64,000 nucleotides of DNA from the human T2T-CHM13v2.0 reference genome, Homo sapiens, in the NCBI RefSeq assembly GCF_009914755.1, contig NC_060932.1. One strand, given 5' to 3'. Made by a program: the position numbers and the translations under genes. Numbering within the stretch: position 1 is the stretch's first letter; the number at the start of each line of letters is the position of its first letter. The notes beneath the pieces were generated by a model that searched no databases, was not told the origin of the DNA, and saw only the letters and a list, made by a program, of their open reading frames with translations. Positions 44,450 to 60,280 of this stretch are shown piece by piece.

Positions 44450-44975
44450 ATCCACAGCTGGTGGGAGTATAAATTAGTTCAATCTTTCTGGCTGTATGGC
44501 GATATAGATCAAAAGTCTTAAAAATGCATACAGCCTTTGACCCCGCAATTCTATTTTAAGGATTTGTCCAAAAAAAGAGTCATGGATATACCCAAAGCTT
44601 TATCTACAAAAGATGTTCCTTGCAGCATTGTTTATAATAAATACGATGGTGGAAAACAAATTTGTCCCCAAATGGATAATTGACTATGATATACAAAGAA
44701 ATACTACATAATTATTTAAATTATGTTATAGAATAACATCTAATAATACCAAGAGATAGTCTAGTATAAAAAAATACGAAACAGTAAACATAAGATTATC
44801 ACATTTTTGTTTAAATACAGAGAGAGATAAGAGACAAAACTGGAATAATTACCAATTATTTCTGAGCGGTAAGTTACTGGGCCATTTTCATTTTATTTGT
44901 CCATATTTTCTAAATTTTCTAAAATGACCATACATTGTTTGGGTCAGAAGAAAATACATAAATTAATTTTAAAGA
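44450..44975 (+). mobile_element. Old L1ME 3' fragment
   Basis: cctttgaccccgcaattcta...gatgttccttgcagcattgtttataata. Confidence 0.6.
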
Positions 44976-45203
44976 TAAAATCTCTCTAGAGGGTTTTGGT
45001 TGTTTTAAGTAAAAATTCAATCTGTGGCAATGGGAAGGAAAGTCTGCATTCCTGAATGGTGTGCTGGCTTCTTGACTTAAAGCTTCACTGCCTTACATGA
45101 TGGAAGTGCACCTCCCTTTGAGGGAAAAAGAATGGTCAGCTAAGAGCAAATCTTAGGACTCCAGGTGAAGGACCAGGCTGCTGCTTATTGTTGACTTCAT
45201 GTG

Positions 45204-45206
<3 letters not shown>

Positions 45207-45254
<48 letters not shown>
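45207..45254. repeat. (CA)n microsatellite
   Basis: Direct reading. Confidence 0.95.
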
Positions 45255-45255
<1 letters not shown>

Positions 45256-48200
45256 AATCTTGTTTTTGATATCTGTTCTCTGAAAACATAGGTCAGCAAT
45301 ACTTCAGGCCTTTAGAAAGACGGATTTCCCTTTATGACTTTTGACTTCATCCTCTGATAATTCTGCTATTTTATTTTGCCCTTATTGTGGTACCCACAAC
45401 CTCATTTATTCTGAAACACTGCAGGAAGACATCATTGCCGTTTTCAAATTTTGTCTCTCCACCAGTCATTTGGAAGGGAAGAGAGTTGGAAGCACACGAA
45501 TCCAAATTCAGCCCATGGACTCACAAAATAGACTCTGTCCATGTCGTATCACAAGTCGAGTTTACTGCTAATAGAGGCGGTCCTGCTGCATAGGGCCCTA
45601 TTCACCGGTCTCTGCATGCTCAACCAAAGTGACACAATGTGCATGGCTGGAGCTCGCACGACACTCCCTGTACTTGAACATCGGCCAGGAAGTTGAGTGA
45701 GAGTGTGACACTTCAGAGGTGCCTTAGAGCACACGTACGTTTGCCGGGGCAATGACGGATGCATCCCGTATCCCATCAGGTCTGCTTTTTGAAAAAATCC
45801 TTATTAATATCCTACGGCGCCATTGCCAAAAACACAAAATCCCAAAGGCAAATCCCCTACGTTCTAGCACTGCCAGAACTAGTACCACCAGGCTTTGCTC
45901 AGGGACTGCGAACTGCCGCAGTTGCTTCTAGCAAGGAGCACCAAGCCCACCCCATTAGCTTCAGCCACAGGACCAAGCGACTTGCAAGCTGTTTCTCGCC
46001 AGGAGTGTGGGTGGGCAGCGGGCAGGATCCCAACGCGACAACTAGACTCAATTGACTGTAACCCAGAAATTTTTTTTAAGTGGCTTTTTTGGATGGTGGT
46101 ACCCAAGGCCCCCCATCCTTCATTCTTCCTAACAGTTATGCATCAGGAAAACAAAGCGATGGAGGGGGAAGTGGGGGTGTTGCTGCAGCCAGTTGGTGCC
46201 AAATACAGTTAAGGGTGGAGAGGGAGGTGGGATTGGAAAGGGGGGGAAAATCAAGTCACTTTCAATCAAGTGTCACACCTTTAAATAGTGGTTAAATCTT
46301 TGCATTATGCAGCTCATCCCTTTACAACATGGGGTTCCCTTAGAGAATTCCCTGTTTACACTGGGAATTCCTCCAGGGCCGCATCAATAAAGCTGAACAG
46401 ATGTCAGGGTGGAATGCCAGCGGCAGTGGCTGTTGTCAGGGGTACTGGGGAGGGAGGCACAGAACAATGAGAAACGGCATCTGCTACACAAAGCCCTTGC
46501 GCGTGGGTCAGGTTCTGCCAGTGTGTAGGGATTCCACCCTACCCTTTGTCTGGGCACATTGCCTTTCTTGTTTCTCAATGACAAGGGTTGACACATGTCA
46601 CCCGGCCCTATCAGGAGTGTTATTTGTTTGCCACTTGCATATGCACCAGTGTTCCTGACCTTCCCCGCATCTCTGCTGAATGCACCCAGCAAAGCTGAAA
46701 CTCTCCAGCCCTGCCCCAATCTATGATTTCATTATGCACTTTGAGTCGAAAGTGGGATGTAGATGTCCTTCTTTTTAATTAAAAACATGATTGATGAGAT
46801 TTAACTGACAGTAGGAAATGCAATTTAAATATTCCTTAAAGAGGCACTAACCCTGTTTGTGTGGCAAGGCTTGCGTGGCTTTCCAAAGTTGCGACCGGTG
46901 GGAGAAAGGAAATTAAAATAAAAGCCCGTTCAAGTCCGCTCGGCTGTGGAAGGGTGGTAACGTTAGACAGAAATTGCAGCCGTGTAACCAGAAACTTCTG
47001 CGCATTAGGAGCCGATGTGAAGTGTTGCTCAGGAATGGCAGTGTTCAGTGTGGTTAGAGGCAGCAGAGGAGTAGAGAAGAGTATGCTATGAAATCATGTG
47101 GAAGCAAAACAGGCTAATTCACCACATTTTTAAAGCAACAATCTGATCCCAAAAGACATTATACTAAAACTCTCCCTGCTCTGCAAAAGTGGTTTTGCTC
47201 CTCACTGCTGTATTGCTGAATTTATCTTTGGCTCCTCTATTGAGCTTTCCTTAAACTGTCCTTTTAAAATTTCCATTATAAGAAAAGTCCTTAGCACCCC
47301 CGATGCTCCAGGACGTGGGCTGCAGTTCTAAGGCAAACAGGAAAGCAGGCACCACTTTTTATAAAGGCCTTCTCAGATTTGTTCCCTTAGTGACTGCTAA
47401 ATTATTATGGGAAATTATGTGAGCCACAGGATATAGCAATATCCAAACCATGGGAACCCCAAATTGTAATAATCAGAGGCAGGAGTAAGTTTTTCTAATG
47501 ACCAGGACTTTGCACTGGTATTTTCAATCTAGAAATATTGGATGAAGTTGAGTATTAGTCTGTACCATAACAGTATAACTTAAATGCCAACAACAATAGC
47601 AGTTTAAATTTTATTTTAGAACTAGATCTCTGTTCTCTTTCTTAGTATCATTTACAAGAGGGTTTCGTTGTTGTTGTTGTTTTGTTTTGGGATGTTATGT
47701 CTTCCATGGAAGTAGTTATTTTCTGAGAAATGATAACTGTGAATTTAAAAAAGGTTAATACTTTCCTAAAAGTATATATAAGAATAGCCTTGTCTACACT
47801 CTGGAGGCTTACTAAAAGTATCATCTTCATCTGTGTTTCATGCCTAAAGATTTTATTCTAGAATTTCAAAATCCCTTAAAAAGCAACAGATACCACACAC
47901 AGTATAGTTCTTCTCCACTTAATTCCTATTAAAGACCGATAAAAAGAAAAGCTTTTATTGAAATGCTTGGGTTAGAGGAAACGGGATTACAATTGGAGCT
48001 GATTTTTGGTAAGTATTTAACTAGCAAAGGTTAATTAGAATTGTAACAATGAGATGTAAGAGAACACATTCTGATCGATTGATTAATGAGATGTCAGAAG
48101 GTATAAGAATCCACCTTTGGGAGAAATATTAAAAATGAAATGTGTTTGCAAAGCCATGATGTCTTTTCTCTTCATTTATTAACACAAGAAGCAACCGTGG

Positions 48201-51200
48201 ATGTTTTTCCATGGGTAACAATGTACAGAAAATTACGATCTCCAAGTTGGCCAAAAGCAGCACCAACATGTTACCCAAGTCTCTACCATCCAAAAATGTC
48301 CCCGACACCCATACAAGGGAACAAAGTTTCTAGAAGAGGCCAAACTCTCAGCAGCCCTCCCTGTAGTGACTTTCTATCTCCCCTCTATTCTCTCTGCATT
48401 ATATATTCAGATTAATTTAATGAATGACTCATTTCAAAATCCTAGGCTTAAAATTATTACCATAGAACATTATAAAATGCCTATTCTGGATTTATTGTTT
48501 CATCAATCTGGTATCAATTTCACTATTGACATGGGCGATGGGGCGGGGGAGAGGGTACTGTACACGTTTTTCCTTCCTCATTTGACTACACTGGTAAGCA
48601 AACAGATCTTCCTATTTGTGGCATAGATGTTCTTTGTCACAATAAACCACAGTATATTATGTTTATATATGTCCTTCAAGCATGTCACAACAGTTTGGCA
48701 TTCTGAGTGGCTCTACCACTGTGTACATTAAATAGTCATGTAGTTACATTAAACAGTGGGGAGTTCACACTTCACAAGCACTTGGTGTTTTAAAACAGAT
48801 GTGGGCTGTCTGTTGTCAGACTCCAGTGAAAAAGCTTAGAAGAGACTTGGTGGGAACATAATCTTCAAATAGCTGAGGGCTCCCCAAATTTTCCACCCAA
48901 GTTCGCTTTACCTCCATACTACAGAGTGTGGGGGTGAAAAAGATGATGGGAAAAGAAAGAGAAAAAAAGGAAGAAAAAAAGCAGTAACTTTTATGTCTTA
49001 TAGTACAGAGATCTGAAAAAAAGGATTCAGAATTCGGAATAGTTTGTGGCATGGAATATTTTGAGCAGGGTGGGCTCGCTGGGGTGTCGTGGGATTTACT
49101 GACAGGAGAATTTTTGACAGTTGATGGACAGATGAATTCCGTCATGGAAGCGTTAGTGGAAAGCAGCAAGGCCAGATGGAAACTCACAGCTTGTCTTTAA
49201 TATTAATTTTCTTTTTTTTCAAGAGATCAGAATTCCCTAATTCCCTAAAATGTTTCAATGCATCTTGAGGTATTATTTTTCAGATGCCTTTCTCCACCTA
49301 TTCTTAGTAAGAATGTTCCTTTGTGTTAATGTTATTTTTCCTCTCTTACTTTGAAAAAAAAAAAGCCTAGTTTTTTTTTTGTCTTTCAGTTTTTTTCTTG
49401 CTCTAGTTGGACAGCTGTTAAAATTCTTCCTTCATTTACAGCCAATATAGAAGACAAATACCTTAACCGTGTAAGATACTAAGTCTAAATATGAGAAATA
49501 CATCTGAAACAATCGTGACTTTGAGCTATGATCATTGACAGAAATCATGATAAGATTTTCTTTGTGCCTTAATGAAAGGCATAATTCTTCATGCTTTCAT
49601 AAGGATGGAAGGGACCACTGTTTTTAGGGTGTCCGTCTTCCGGGCAGTAAGAAGGAAGTCAAATACTCTGCTCAGGGATGCAGTAAAAAGAACCCTGGAC
49701 TAAGACTCCAGGGCTGGATTCTAGTCTTGGCTCTGCTGAATGGTGGGTCACAAGTCCCTGTGATGTGGGGGGCCTCAATTTCATTACTTGGAAAATATGG
49801 CTGGTATTGGGAGAAGGACAGGGGTTCCTAAGTCACCCGCACACCTCTCTCTCTAGGATGCTACAAAATCTTCCAAAGCACAAAGCTCACCATTCACGTC
49901 AAGGAGTCAAGGACTGTTGCTCTTCTTCCTCTTACAGCTGAGCTTCCCAGAGACCTGGGAACCCCTCCATGGACAGTTAGGAAATGGGACAGTCTCTCCC
50001 TTTTCCCTGTTGTTCTACACAAACTTCACTACTGTGCATTTTTCTATGTGGTAACTTCATGCTCAAGACAAAAATCAAAAACTAAAAAATCAGCAACCAA
50101 GGATGATATTCCATATCCTATCCAAACAAAGCTCAAATTCTGCAAACTTTTCCATTCTGTGATCTTCTTTTCTTAGTTCCTTTCTTTTACATCACTAGAT
50201 TTACTTGAGTTGAGAACATTGCTTTAAAACTTAGAGATATTTCTTCTATGTTTACATATAATCTATTTTCCTGACATTGTTTCAAGCTTAATGGAAAAAA
50301 CTTAACATGTGACAGCTTTTCCTAGAGTTTCCTGACACATCACTCTGGTTACATATTGGGTCTCCGTGTGCGTGTGTATGTGTGTGTGTTTTGCATTTGT
50401 GTTTGCGTCCGTGTGTGTTTGTGTGTGCACTAGTGTGATTGTGAGTCAGTCTGGGTCAGCCCAAAAAACCTTTTACAATTAATGTAATGAAAACATTTGG
50501 CTAAACAGAAGACTCTAAAACAAAGCAATGAATTGTGCTTATTGGTAAAATGGAACAGGGGCTTCTCTGCATAAGTTCAGAGACTATTTCTGTGTGGCTC
50601 AGGAGGGTTAAGAAACAACCTCAAACCCCTACAGCTCCAAGTTCCCATCATACTCTAATGTGTCCCTCTATGTGACCAGGGACAAATCACTTAACTTTTG
50701 TTCTTTCTCCTTATCTGTGAATCAGGGAAAGAATAATTAACAAAGAGAGGAGTTTGAGATAAAGCTGATTACTGATTGCTTTGGAGTGTTCACAGTTCCA
50801 GAGAACAGAAATGAGGGCCAGTAGGTAGGATTTACCAGGGAGCAGATCTGATTCAATATGAGAAAAACCTGTGAAAGTATGATACTGCTCAAAATCAAAA
50901 CAGACTGCCTTGTTAGGCATGATTTCCCCATCATGATAAAGAACCCATTGTCAAGGGTGCCATAAAGAGAATTTTTGCATGACTTAGTAGGCTGGAGCAA
51001 ATGATATCTAAGCCCCTTCCAATATATTATACACCTGTTGATTATAAACACATAGCTAGCCAATAGGGTATTTCACAAAAACACTTGGAAATATCATGAT
51101 GAAAGAATAGACTATTAGAACTGGAAGAGACCTTAAGGAAAAAGAGATACGGGCAGCCCCTACATTCTACTAAAGCTAGTGGCAGAACCAGGGTTGCTAT

Positions 51201-52118
51201 GACTTATGTTTGAAGAGTATTTTACACAACAGTTTTTCATATACCTCTTCTGAGCCTCACAGTAGTCTTCTGAGGTAGGAATTACTAGCTGCGCATTTTA
51301 CTGATGCAGAAACCAAGGACAGGGAGTTGACGTGACTTGCCTATATCCCCATAGATAGCAAGTGGAAGAGTCAAGGCTGGAACTCAGGGCAGACCCCATG
51401 CAGGAGACTTGTTCCTTTGACACTTTTCTTTCCAGGATCTCTGAATAGTTCTCACTTAGTCTTAGTTATTTCCTGCCACATCCCAGAGATATGTAACATT
51501 ATTAGCCATAGAGGTTCATCAGTTACCAGAGATAGAAAGCAACCTCTGTGATCATTTCCTTCCATCTTCATTTTACCAAAAAATAAAAATGAAAAAATTA
51601 AAAAAAAAATAAAAAAAAAACCACAAAACCAAGGCTTGGAGCAGTCATCTTCTTAGTGGGCCATCCAAAATGAAAACTTTGATTTCTGCTTGATTCCTCA
51701 AAGATCTTAAATAGGCAACCCACCCACTTGATCTGGCAAATAATGATTTAAACCAGGTGAATGCAAGAATGATTTCATTCATTGCATTTTCCATGTGCCT
51801 CTTGAGGGAAGGCATGTGGAATATGTATATACAGAGACAGACCCCCAGCCACCAGTGCCTCCCCCTTCCCCCAAAACACGGTAGACTAGTAAATGTTTGC
51901 TAGCTATTTGCAAGGCTGACAGCAGGGATTATTTTTCCCATGTGCCAAACAACTTCATCCTAGAGGAAATATTTCACTCTGGCAAGATTTAATAACAATT
52001 ATAAGGATCCTTTTTATTGATAGGGCACTCTATGTCTAAAACATATTTTCATGCATTGGGAGTATGACATCAAATCTCATGAGTATGGAGAGTGGAAGGC
52101 AACTAATGGCAGCAGTAG

Positions 52119-52483
<365 letters not shown>

Positions 52484-54162
52484 GTGCTCTCCCTCCTTTC
52501 TGCTCATCTTTCCCGTCTGACTCTTTTTGGGGAATGGGATTATAGTACCACAGATTAGCAAAGGAGTCCAGAAAAGAAGGTGCAATGGGAACCATGACTC
52601 CTCCTCCATCTGAGCCCCTAGTCTGTGCCCTAAGCTACGGAGGAGTGTGAAAGACACGCAGACTGACCAGAAGGGTTCCTCAGCAGTCCTGGACCACTGG
52701 CTGCTGTCAGAGAGCCCGACCCACACCCATACCTGCCCCTACAGGTGCTGCTCCTCCTCCTCCCCTGCTATATAAAACCTCCTGCTCTCGCTAATTCATT
52801 ATTTATGACACCCTGATAAACACGTGGAAATGCAATGTGGATGTTCAAAGGGAACCATTCCCATTCCTAAGATGGCCCAGGGTTCTCGTCCATTTTAGTC
52901 CATGCTGTGGCTTAATAATGGATCACTTCTTCAGTCAACAAACAATTACTTGAGTATCTATTACCTGAAGCACTGTGCTAGAGGCTGGAAATAGAAAACC
53001 ATGTTCCCGTCCTCAGGGAACTCCCTGTCCAGTGAGCATGAACACTGGGGGAAAATTGTAAGAGGATGATGTACTGAGTCCCTAGACAGAGGTGAGCACA
53101 GAGAGCACCGGAAACACGCAGGGGGAAGCACAAGCCCCATCTGGGAACATGCAATGGTTCTCACATGCCTTCCCATTGGAAAACTAGACATTTAAAATCT
53201 ACCTCCAGCAACCTGTATTCTTTAAGGTTTTTTATTGGTACAAATGTATGGAGTACATGTGCAATTCTATCAGATGTACATAATGCATAGTGATCAAGTC
53301 AGTGTATTTAGGGCACTTAGAGTGTCCACACTGCTCCTCCCAGCAAAGAGAAAGTCTTCAGGCTGCAGAGTCCTGGAACTACATTGTTTTCCTTCTCCCT
53401 TTGCTGTGAGCAGCATTCCACCAGTACTTGGGATTTTCACAGCCTTTTACAGTCATTAGTAAATGGACACAATGTCCCCTTGGGGCCTATCCCCCTTATG
53501 GAGAGGCTCCATGGAGATTAACTGCTGTCTTAGGTCACTGGGGCAGAGTCTAACCCCAGCCCCCTCCTCAGGCGGCTTTAGAGTGACATATATGGCAAAG
53601 TCATTCTGGCAACAAAAACTGAAAGGCTTGTCTAACTCGACTTCAGCCTAAATTGGAGATTCTGCACATATCTCGTTTCCTTGACAGTAAAGTGAGGAGT
53701 TTGGAGTGGCCAAGGTGCAGAGCAGCTGTGAAAACCGGAACAGCCTTCGTTCCTGCGGGCTCGCCTACCTCCCCAGCTAGGGCCTCCTCCTTCCTTGGCA
53801 CCATAGAGCTTAATGAGAATTTTCCACGCTCTTCTGCTGTTCACAGGCCTCTTTGCAGATTTTTGCATGGAATGAACTACAGGACATGTCACTGATGAGT
53901 GCGTGGTGCATGGTCTACCTCAGTGCAGTGGTAACCTCCTGGAGCTCAGGATTTCCCTCCGTGAAACCTATGTGAAAACTAGAGCTTATTCTAATGCGAA
54001 AGTTCCCAGGGCTCTTCTCCCTTCAAGCCTGAGCACATTGTCTCAACTCTGCAGGGTCTGAATTGAGTGAATAGTTAAATACTTGTTTCTCCTATGGAAC
54101 AAAATTGTTAAACTAGAAGAAACTTCAGAGGCCACCTAGTTGAAACATCTCATTTAAAACAA

Positions 54163-54904
<742 letters not shown>

Positions 54905-55484
54905 TCAGCTTTCAGCCAGAGGGAGAAAACCTAGGTGAGAACAGGGTCCCAGTTGTGTCCCAGACTCGTGGTCTCCAACCATCCCCGGAAATGGGCTCTT
55001 ATCTGAACAGATGAGCTTTATGAAAGAGGAAATCTCCATTTCAAAAAGTCAACTCCTTATAGTTTTCTATTTAAGTTATGCTAAGCACTTGTGTATGGCT
55101 GATATTTGGTACTCTACGGAGATAAGAGAAAAAGCATAGGGCAGGGTTCCAGCTCTGGAAGGAGCTACGAGCTAATGGAAGGAAAAGACATAGATGATAG
55201 CAAGCTAGAAATGAACTCATATCCTAAAGTTTATAAACATCTCTTTATAACCTAGCATTCCACCAAAGTGATCTCCCTCATCTCTAGACTTGTAAGAGCA
55301 TCTCTTACTTACATCTCCCTTCAGACGGCCATTGTCTTGCCTGGTGAGCCAGCTCATCCCTTGGGGGCCTCAGTCTTCACTCCCCTGATAAGACTAGAAG
55401 TTTTTGCAGGCAGAGGTCAATGTATACGGTTTGAAATCCCTTTGGCATCTAGCACAGGACTTTCTACATGGTAGGCATTCAAAT

Positions 55485-55825
55485 AAATATATATTTGAAA
55501 ATTGTATAGTCTATAATATTATAGAATATATACACAATTATTTATATATTGAATATATTACAATATTAATACAGTCTATAAATTATATTGCATATAATCT
55601 ACAATATACATTATATAATTATATATGATATTAACATATAATTACATATTGTATATTATATAATATATAAATTATATTATGTATAATTATATATACATAT
55701 GATTATATGTACACAATAACAATTATATTGTATATATAATTATATATTATATTGTGTATATAATTATACATGTATATGTATTTATATACACACTTATATA
55801 GACATACACATATATACACATATGG
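55485..55825. repeat. (TA)-rich low-complexity degenerate repeat
   Basis: tataattatatattg-type units. Confidence 0.9.
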
Positions 55826-57499
55826 TGATTTAATTATTACATGCAGTTGTATACACAGTTATGGAGTCAGTGGTATCTGATAAGTGGCCTCTGATAAGAC
55901 AGGATACCAGTGTTCAGGACTGCTCTTGACAAAGTTGTTTAACCCTCTGGGCTTTAGATTTTTCAAAAGTAAAACAAAGCAATGGACTAGATTTTAAGGC
56001 CAAAGGGTTTGATGCCTGCTCTTATTCCATGGGACAATTATTCAAGCGTGAAAAGATTGTTCTGTTGCCCCCCCCCGCCCCACCCCAGACTCCTATGTTC
56101 CAAGCTTCTTCAGGCCTTGTGACCTGAGCTACAGTTCCTGTCACCTGACTTCATAGCCTGCATGATTCCAACTGCTCCCCCAATTTTTCAGTATTCTTCT
56201 GCTATATCCCCCAAGTTGAACTCAATACCTGTATTTTATTTCACATGAGTTTCTATTAAGCTATATCTCCCCCATTCTATATTTATATAGTACTATAGTT
56301 CAGACCAGAAAATTTCTAGCATTTCTTCCCCTCTGCAACTCCGTGGGTAGCTGGGCTAAGGGAACCCAGGCAAAGATGCCTCCCTTGTCTGCATTTTTTC
56401 TATATTTTTTTCTCTGGCTCTTGGCCTGAATGAAGCATCTTGCATCACCTGGTTAGAGAAGTAAAAAGAGCCTCCCTAGGTTTGCTCAATACTGAGGGTG
56501 TCTCTTGTCCCAAGTACCGATACATGGGAGGAATGGCATCATTCACACAGAACCAACTATTTCTTTCTTCCTCTTTCTGTAGACCTCTTCTGCTTGGTCT
56601 GTTTGGTTTCGGGGGTACAATGAGAGCCTGTGGAATTTGTTTCTGATAATGCAATCCTTTGAATGTCCCTGAATAATAGGTCTGTCACTGAAATTATGAA
56701 AAGAAAATGCAGAGTTGGAGGGAAGGTGGTTCTGATTCCAGCTCTGTTAAATTTTTACTGCTGCTGGAGGGTGGCTAAATTGATCAGCAGAGACAGAATT
56801 TATATTTTTGGAGCTTTAGAAGCACTCAGGACTCCTAAACCTATTGAAACGGTCTTTCATTCTAAAGGTGGGAGAACTTTTTACTATTAATAAAGAATGC
56901 TGAAGTCTGGTTTCAGAATGAGCAAGGAGTTGGAACTGGAAGGACTCTCCAGGGTGGCAGAACAGCTACCACCTAGGCAGTCTGCCTGTCGGAGCAACAG
57001 GAAGTTATCCCAGACTACAGCCACTTCTCTCACTGCCTGGCGTGATGGGGAAATGCCACTGTCAGAAGTAATCATTTCTGATAATGAGTTCTTCAACTTC
57101 TAGAATCTCCCGTTAAAGCTCTAAACTCACTTAGAACAGCCAAATCTCCTATGCCTTTCTCATCAATCACTGTATGTGGAATGAGGCAATAACTAAGAAG
57201 AAAATCACTTTGGGAGTGGGGCATGGGACTGTGCACACAGATAAGCAGGCCAAGGAGTGTGCATGGGAAAGAGACCAGCATGCAAACACCATGGGAGCAA
57301 GACCTATACCTTCTTCATAACGGTATCTCTAATGCCTAGCATGGTATCTTACCCCAGACCTAAATATGCTTGCTGAGAGTGAAGTGACTGAGAAGAAAAT
57401 GGAAAAGTACCAAAGACCTCCAAGTTTTCCCAGCAGTCATCTGGGGTGGCAGGTGAGGGGCAATTGTCACTAATGGAAAATATGTATTCTTCTGGACTC

Positions 57500-59000
57500 T
57501 GCAGAGATGTCATCATGTTTATCCTTCTCTTCCCTCCTTGCACCTTATCTCCATTACCCAAACCAGCTCCTACTCCTAAACTATCCTCATTGAATGACAA
57601 CACCCTCTTTGACCACCTGTGCATCACGGGAGAAACCTAGACGGCAGCCCAGACAACTCCCTCTGCCTCCCTTTCATATCCAGTCAAATCCTGCTGATTC
57701 AACTTCAAAATCTCTTTCAAAATCCTCCCCTAGTCTCAACCCCTGCTGCTACTGTCTTTGTTCAGGCCTCCATCATTTCTTTTTGTTTTTCAATAAATGT
57801 ATTCCATCTATCTGAGGCTTACAACATGATATTATAGGACACACTAAGATGGTAAAATGGTTACTGTAGTGGAGAGGGTTAGTCTATCATCTCACAGAGT
57901 TACGTTTTTTTGTGACTAGCACAGCTAAATTCTACTTATTTAACAAATATCCCTAATACAATAATACAATTTGATTCACTTTAGTCCTCACACAGCTCTT
58001 CTTGCCTGAATTACTGATAATGGTCCCCTAGTTTTTTTGTCCTGCCTCCAGGCTGTCTCCCCGATGCTCAACCCATGACCCACTGATATGGTTTAGCTGT
58101 GTCTCCACCCAAATCTCATCTTGAATTGTAGCTTCCATAATCCTCATGTGTCATGGAAGGGACCAGGTGGGAGGTAATTCAATTATGGGGGTGGGTTTTT
58201 CCCATGATGTTCGCATGATAGTGAGTAAATCTCATGATGGTTTTGTAAAGGAGAGTTCCCCTGCACATGCTTTCTTCCCTGCTGACATGTAAGATGTGAC
58301 TTTGCTCCTCCTTTGTCTTCTGCCATGATTGTGAGGCCTCCCTAGCCGTGTGTAATGGTGAGTCAATTAAACCTCTTTCCTTTACAAATTACGCAGTCTC
58401 AGGCATGTCTTTATTAGCAGTGTGAGAACAGACTAATACACGCATGCTGTAGCCCTAGTCAAAGGGAAGTTCAATCAGGTCACACTTCCATGTACAGACT
58501 TTCAGTTCTTGACCACTCACATCCAACACAACTGCATTTAGACCAGCATCCATACACCTTTGCTTGGCCTAGGAGTCCCTTGATGGTCTGGCCCCTGCCA
58601 GCCTCTGCAGCCTCAGTGTTCTGCATACCCTTAAGTGCACCCTATTGGAAGTGTTGCAACACGACACACTCCCCTTCTTTCTTGCACGTGCACAAGGAGA
58701 ATATGTTCCTTCCCCCTGGGCTGCTGTTCCTTTCTTCCCTGCCCAGGTAACCCTTCTTCATCTTCACCCAGTCTGGGCATCAACCACTCTGGAAAATTAC
58801 CCAGGATTCTACTTTTTGCCCAGGCAGAAATAGAAGCCCTTCTTATAAATTCGGGGCAGACCTTGATAAACAATGACCTTCTGTTTTGTCATTTTTGGTT
58901 CCTTGTCTGTTTCCCTAGCTGCAGAGCAGAAGACAATGACACACAACTTTATCCCTGGAGCAGGGTTTGATACATGGAAGATGCATAATAAACGTGTCCT
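57500..59000 (+). mobile_element. L2 interrupted by an L1MA fragment (~57790-57985) and a THE1 LTR
   Basis: Pyrimidine-rich L2-like text on both sides of the inserts. Confidence 0.55.
58084..58440 (+). mobile_element. THE1B/C-like solo LTR (MaLR)
   Basis: tgatatggttt...cacccaaatctcatcttgaattgta ... gtcaattaaacctcttt...gagaacagactaataca. Confidence 0.92.
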
Positions 59001-60007
59001 AAGGCCACGCACGATGCCAGAAGTTTCCTCCAAAAGGCTTAGGTGGCCAAGCATTCATTCATTCATTCATTCATTCATAGAGTCATTCTATAGGCCTCCT
59101 GTACATTGGACATAGGATCTCATCAGGGGCTAATCCCTAAGGAACAAGTTTCTAAAATGACTTGGTTGTTCCTTGGCCTGTCTTGAAGAAACCAAAAATG
59201 ACAAGGTGCACCGTCTTTCCTGCCGCATACCTCCACCCCAGCGCAAGGGCTCTGTGGATGAATGAAAACTCTAACTTGTTATTTCTCTGGAGAGCAGGCC
59301 TCATTTCTCTGGGGAAGCAAACCAGTTCTATGGCTTTGAGCTTAGGTGATGCCTCTCCTTTTCCAGATGCCCCTCAGATCCAAAGGAAGCAGAATAGCTC
59401 CTTGCTTCCTCTTCCCCAGTTACAGTGCCTGGTGAGGGATGGGCCCAGAGTCCCACTCTAATTATACCCTATTTGACTAGGAAATGGAATTCCTGATCGG
59501 ATTCCTAAATCTCCAAGTGATGCGACATTTATAACTACATTAAAAAGGAAATGCGCTTTGCTGTGTGCCTTCACTCAAGATAATTGCACAGTGGTGACAC
59601 TGTTGAGGGGCCTGAGGCCCTTCCCGAAATGACAGAACAGAACCATGACTCATAAAGTAAAGGAAACAGTGGTTCCCTCCTTGAGCCCCTGAACACAAGG
59701 GAAATAAATGGAGCCTTAACTGAAAGATGAATATATCTCACAGAACTCCCGGGTTTGGGAACTCTGGGAGCTCCACAGTCTAATCCTACGTTGACTCTGG
59801 CTGCCTCAGCTTTTCCTTATCTCTGCAAAATGAGGCCAGCAAGGGTGTGGCTTTAATCCAAACTCTAACTATGGTTGCAGACCCCTGGGCGGCTGTGCGT
59901 TACTGCGTGTGAGTCATCCAGGAATCCAAATACACGCCAAAAATCATGGGCTGAAAAAATAATAGGTCTTGCACAGATATACTCTTCTACTATTCAAATG
60001 TTTGCAG

Positions 60008-60280
60008 TCATCATCATCACCACCATCATCATCAATACCATTTATTGAATGCCTACCATATGCCAAGCACTTCTCAAATACTATCTACACATTAACTTGT
60101 TTAATCCTTGTAACTACCCCATGAGGTTCATAATCATTATTGTTTCTATTTTATGGATGAGAAAATTGGGGTGCAGAGAGGTCAGGTAAACTTGCCCAAG
60201 GTTACACAGCTAGAAAGAAGTGGAGCTACAATTCGAGCCAGGCAATCTGCCTTCAGCACGTTCTGTAACTGCTACGTCAT
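60008..60280 (-). mobile_element. MIR with (CAT)n tail
   Basis: catttattgaatgcctaccatatgccaagcac...cttgcccaaggttacacagctag. Confidence 0.8.
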
